From an uncultured Elusimicrobia bacterium (lineage in GTDB: Bacteria > Elusimicrobiota > Elusimicrobia > UBA1565): a stretch of DNA of 6,136 bases. Position numbers and translations under genes: made by a program. Below are positions 5,670 to 6,136 of the stretch, in pieces (position 1 is the stretch's first letter; each line of letters opens with the position of its first letter). A model generated the notes under the pieces. The model was not told where the DNA came from, made no database searches, and saw nothing but the letters and a program-made list of their open reading frames with translations. Where the stretch lies: NCBI GenBank assembly GCA_964359165.1, contig CAYHRV010000008.1, positions 23,268 through 29,403 on the forward strand. The letters are read 5' to 3'.

Positions 5670-6136
5670 ATGGCCATCAGACCGGAAGAGATCACGGGCG
5701 TCATCCTCAAACAGCTCGACGATTACGAAGGCAAGACCGAGGTGGGCGAGGAGGGCTTCGTCCTCCAGGTGGGCGACGGGATCGCCCGCGTCTGGGGGCT
5801 GGCCAACGCCATGGCCGGGGAGCTCTTGGAGCTTCCGCACGGGGTGTTCGGGATGGTGCTCAACCTCGAGAAGGAGAACGTGGGCTGCGTGCTCATGGGC
5901 AAGGACGAGCTCATCCGCGAGGGCGATCCGGTCCGCCGCACCGGCCGCATCATGCAGGTGCCCGTCGGTGACGCGCTCATCGGTCGCGTGGTCAGCCCCC
6001 TGGGCCAGCCCCTCGACGGGAAAGGACCCATTAAATCGACGGGATTTAGGCCATCGAGGTCATCGCCCCGGGCGTGGTGGACCGCCAGCCCGTGAACGTG
6101 CCGCTCCAGACCGGGCTCAAGGCCATCGACGCGATG
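5670..6136 (+). CDS. atpA: F0F1 ATP synthase subunit alpha, N-terminal part, with an apparent frameshift near 6050 and truncated by the window end
   Basis: [20 protein letters not shown] ... [31 protein letters not shown] ... [30 protein letters not shown]. After about 6050, homology continues in another frame from 6053: [28 protein letters not shown]. Track ORF ends prematurely at 6095. Confidence 0.9.

Noticed and set aside
4724-5840. Overlapping minus-strand ORFs (328 aa and 280 aa) antisense to atpF/atpH/atpA
   Set aside because: Arg/Pro/Ser-rich frames consistent with GC-biased shadow ORFs; no recognisable domain.
6028-6050. Programmed ribosomal frameshift in atpA
   Set aside because: No clear slippery heptamer with a supporting structure is evident, and ATP synthase alpha is not known to need recoding. 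A sequence error is simpler.

Overview
High-GC chromosomal window with two ordinary but interestingly juxtaposed modules on the + strand: (1) a left-edge partial coiled-coil ORF followed by motA-motB (proton-channel stator), closed by a perfect 20-bp hairpin; (2) an OmpR-type winged-helix regulator whose receiver domain appears to have lost its phosphorylation residues; (3) the start of an F0F1 ATP synthase operon in the order atpZ - atpI-like - atpB - atpE - atpF - atpH - atpA. I see no mobile element, CRISPR, defence cassette or RNA gene. The best second-look items are: a 26-codon unannotated mini-ORF that bridges atpF and atpH (TGATG junction in, ATGA junction out, with a strong Shine-Dalgarno); an 8-codon mini-ORF with its own Shine-Dalgarno whose stop overlaps the atpZ start (ATGA); a 14-bp stem with a GCAA tetraloop between atpE and atpF; the degenerate response regulator lying between stator and ATP synthase genes; and an apparent one-base frameshift in atpA near 6050, most likely a sequence error. 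A novel system is not demonstrated.
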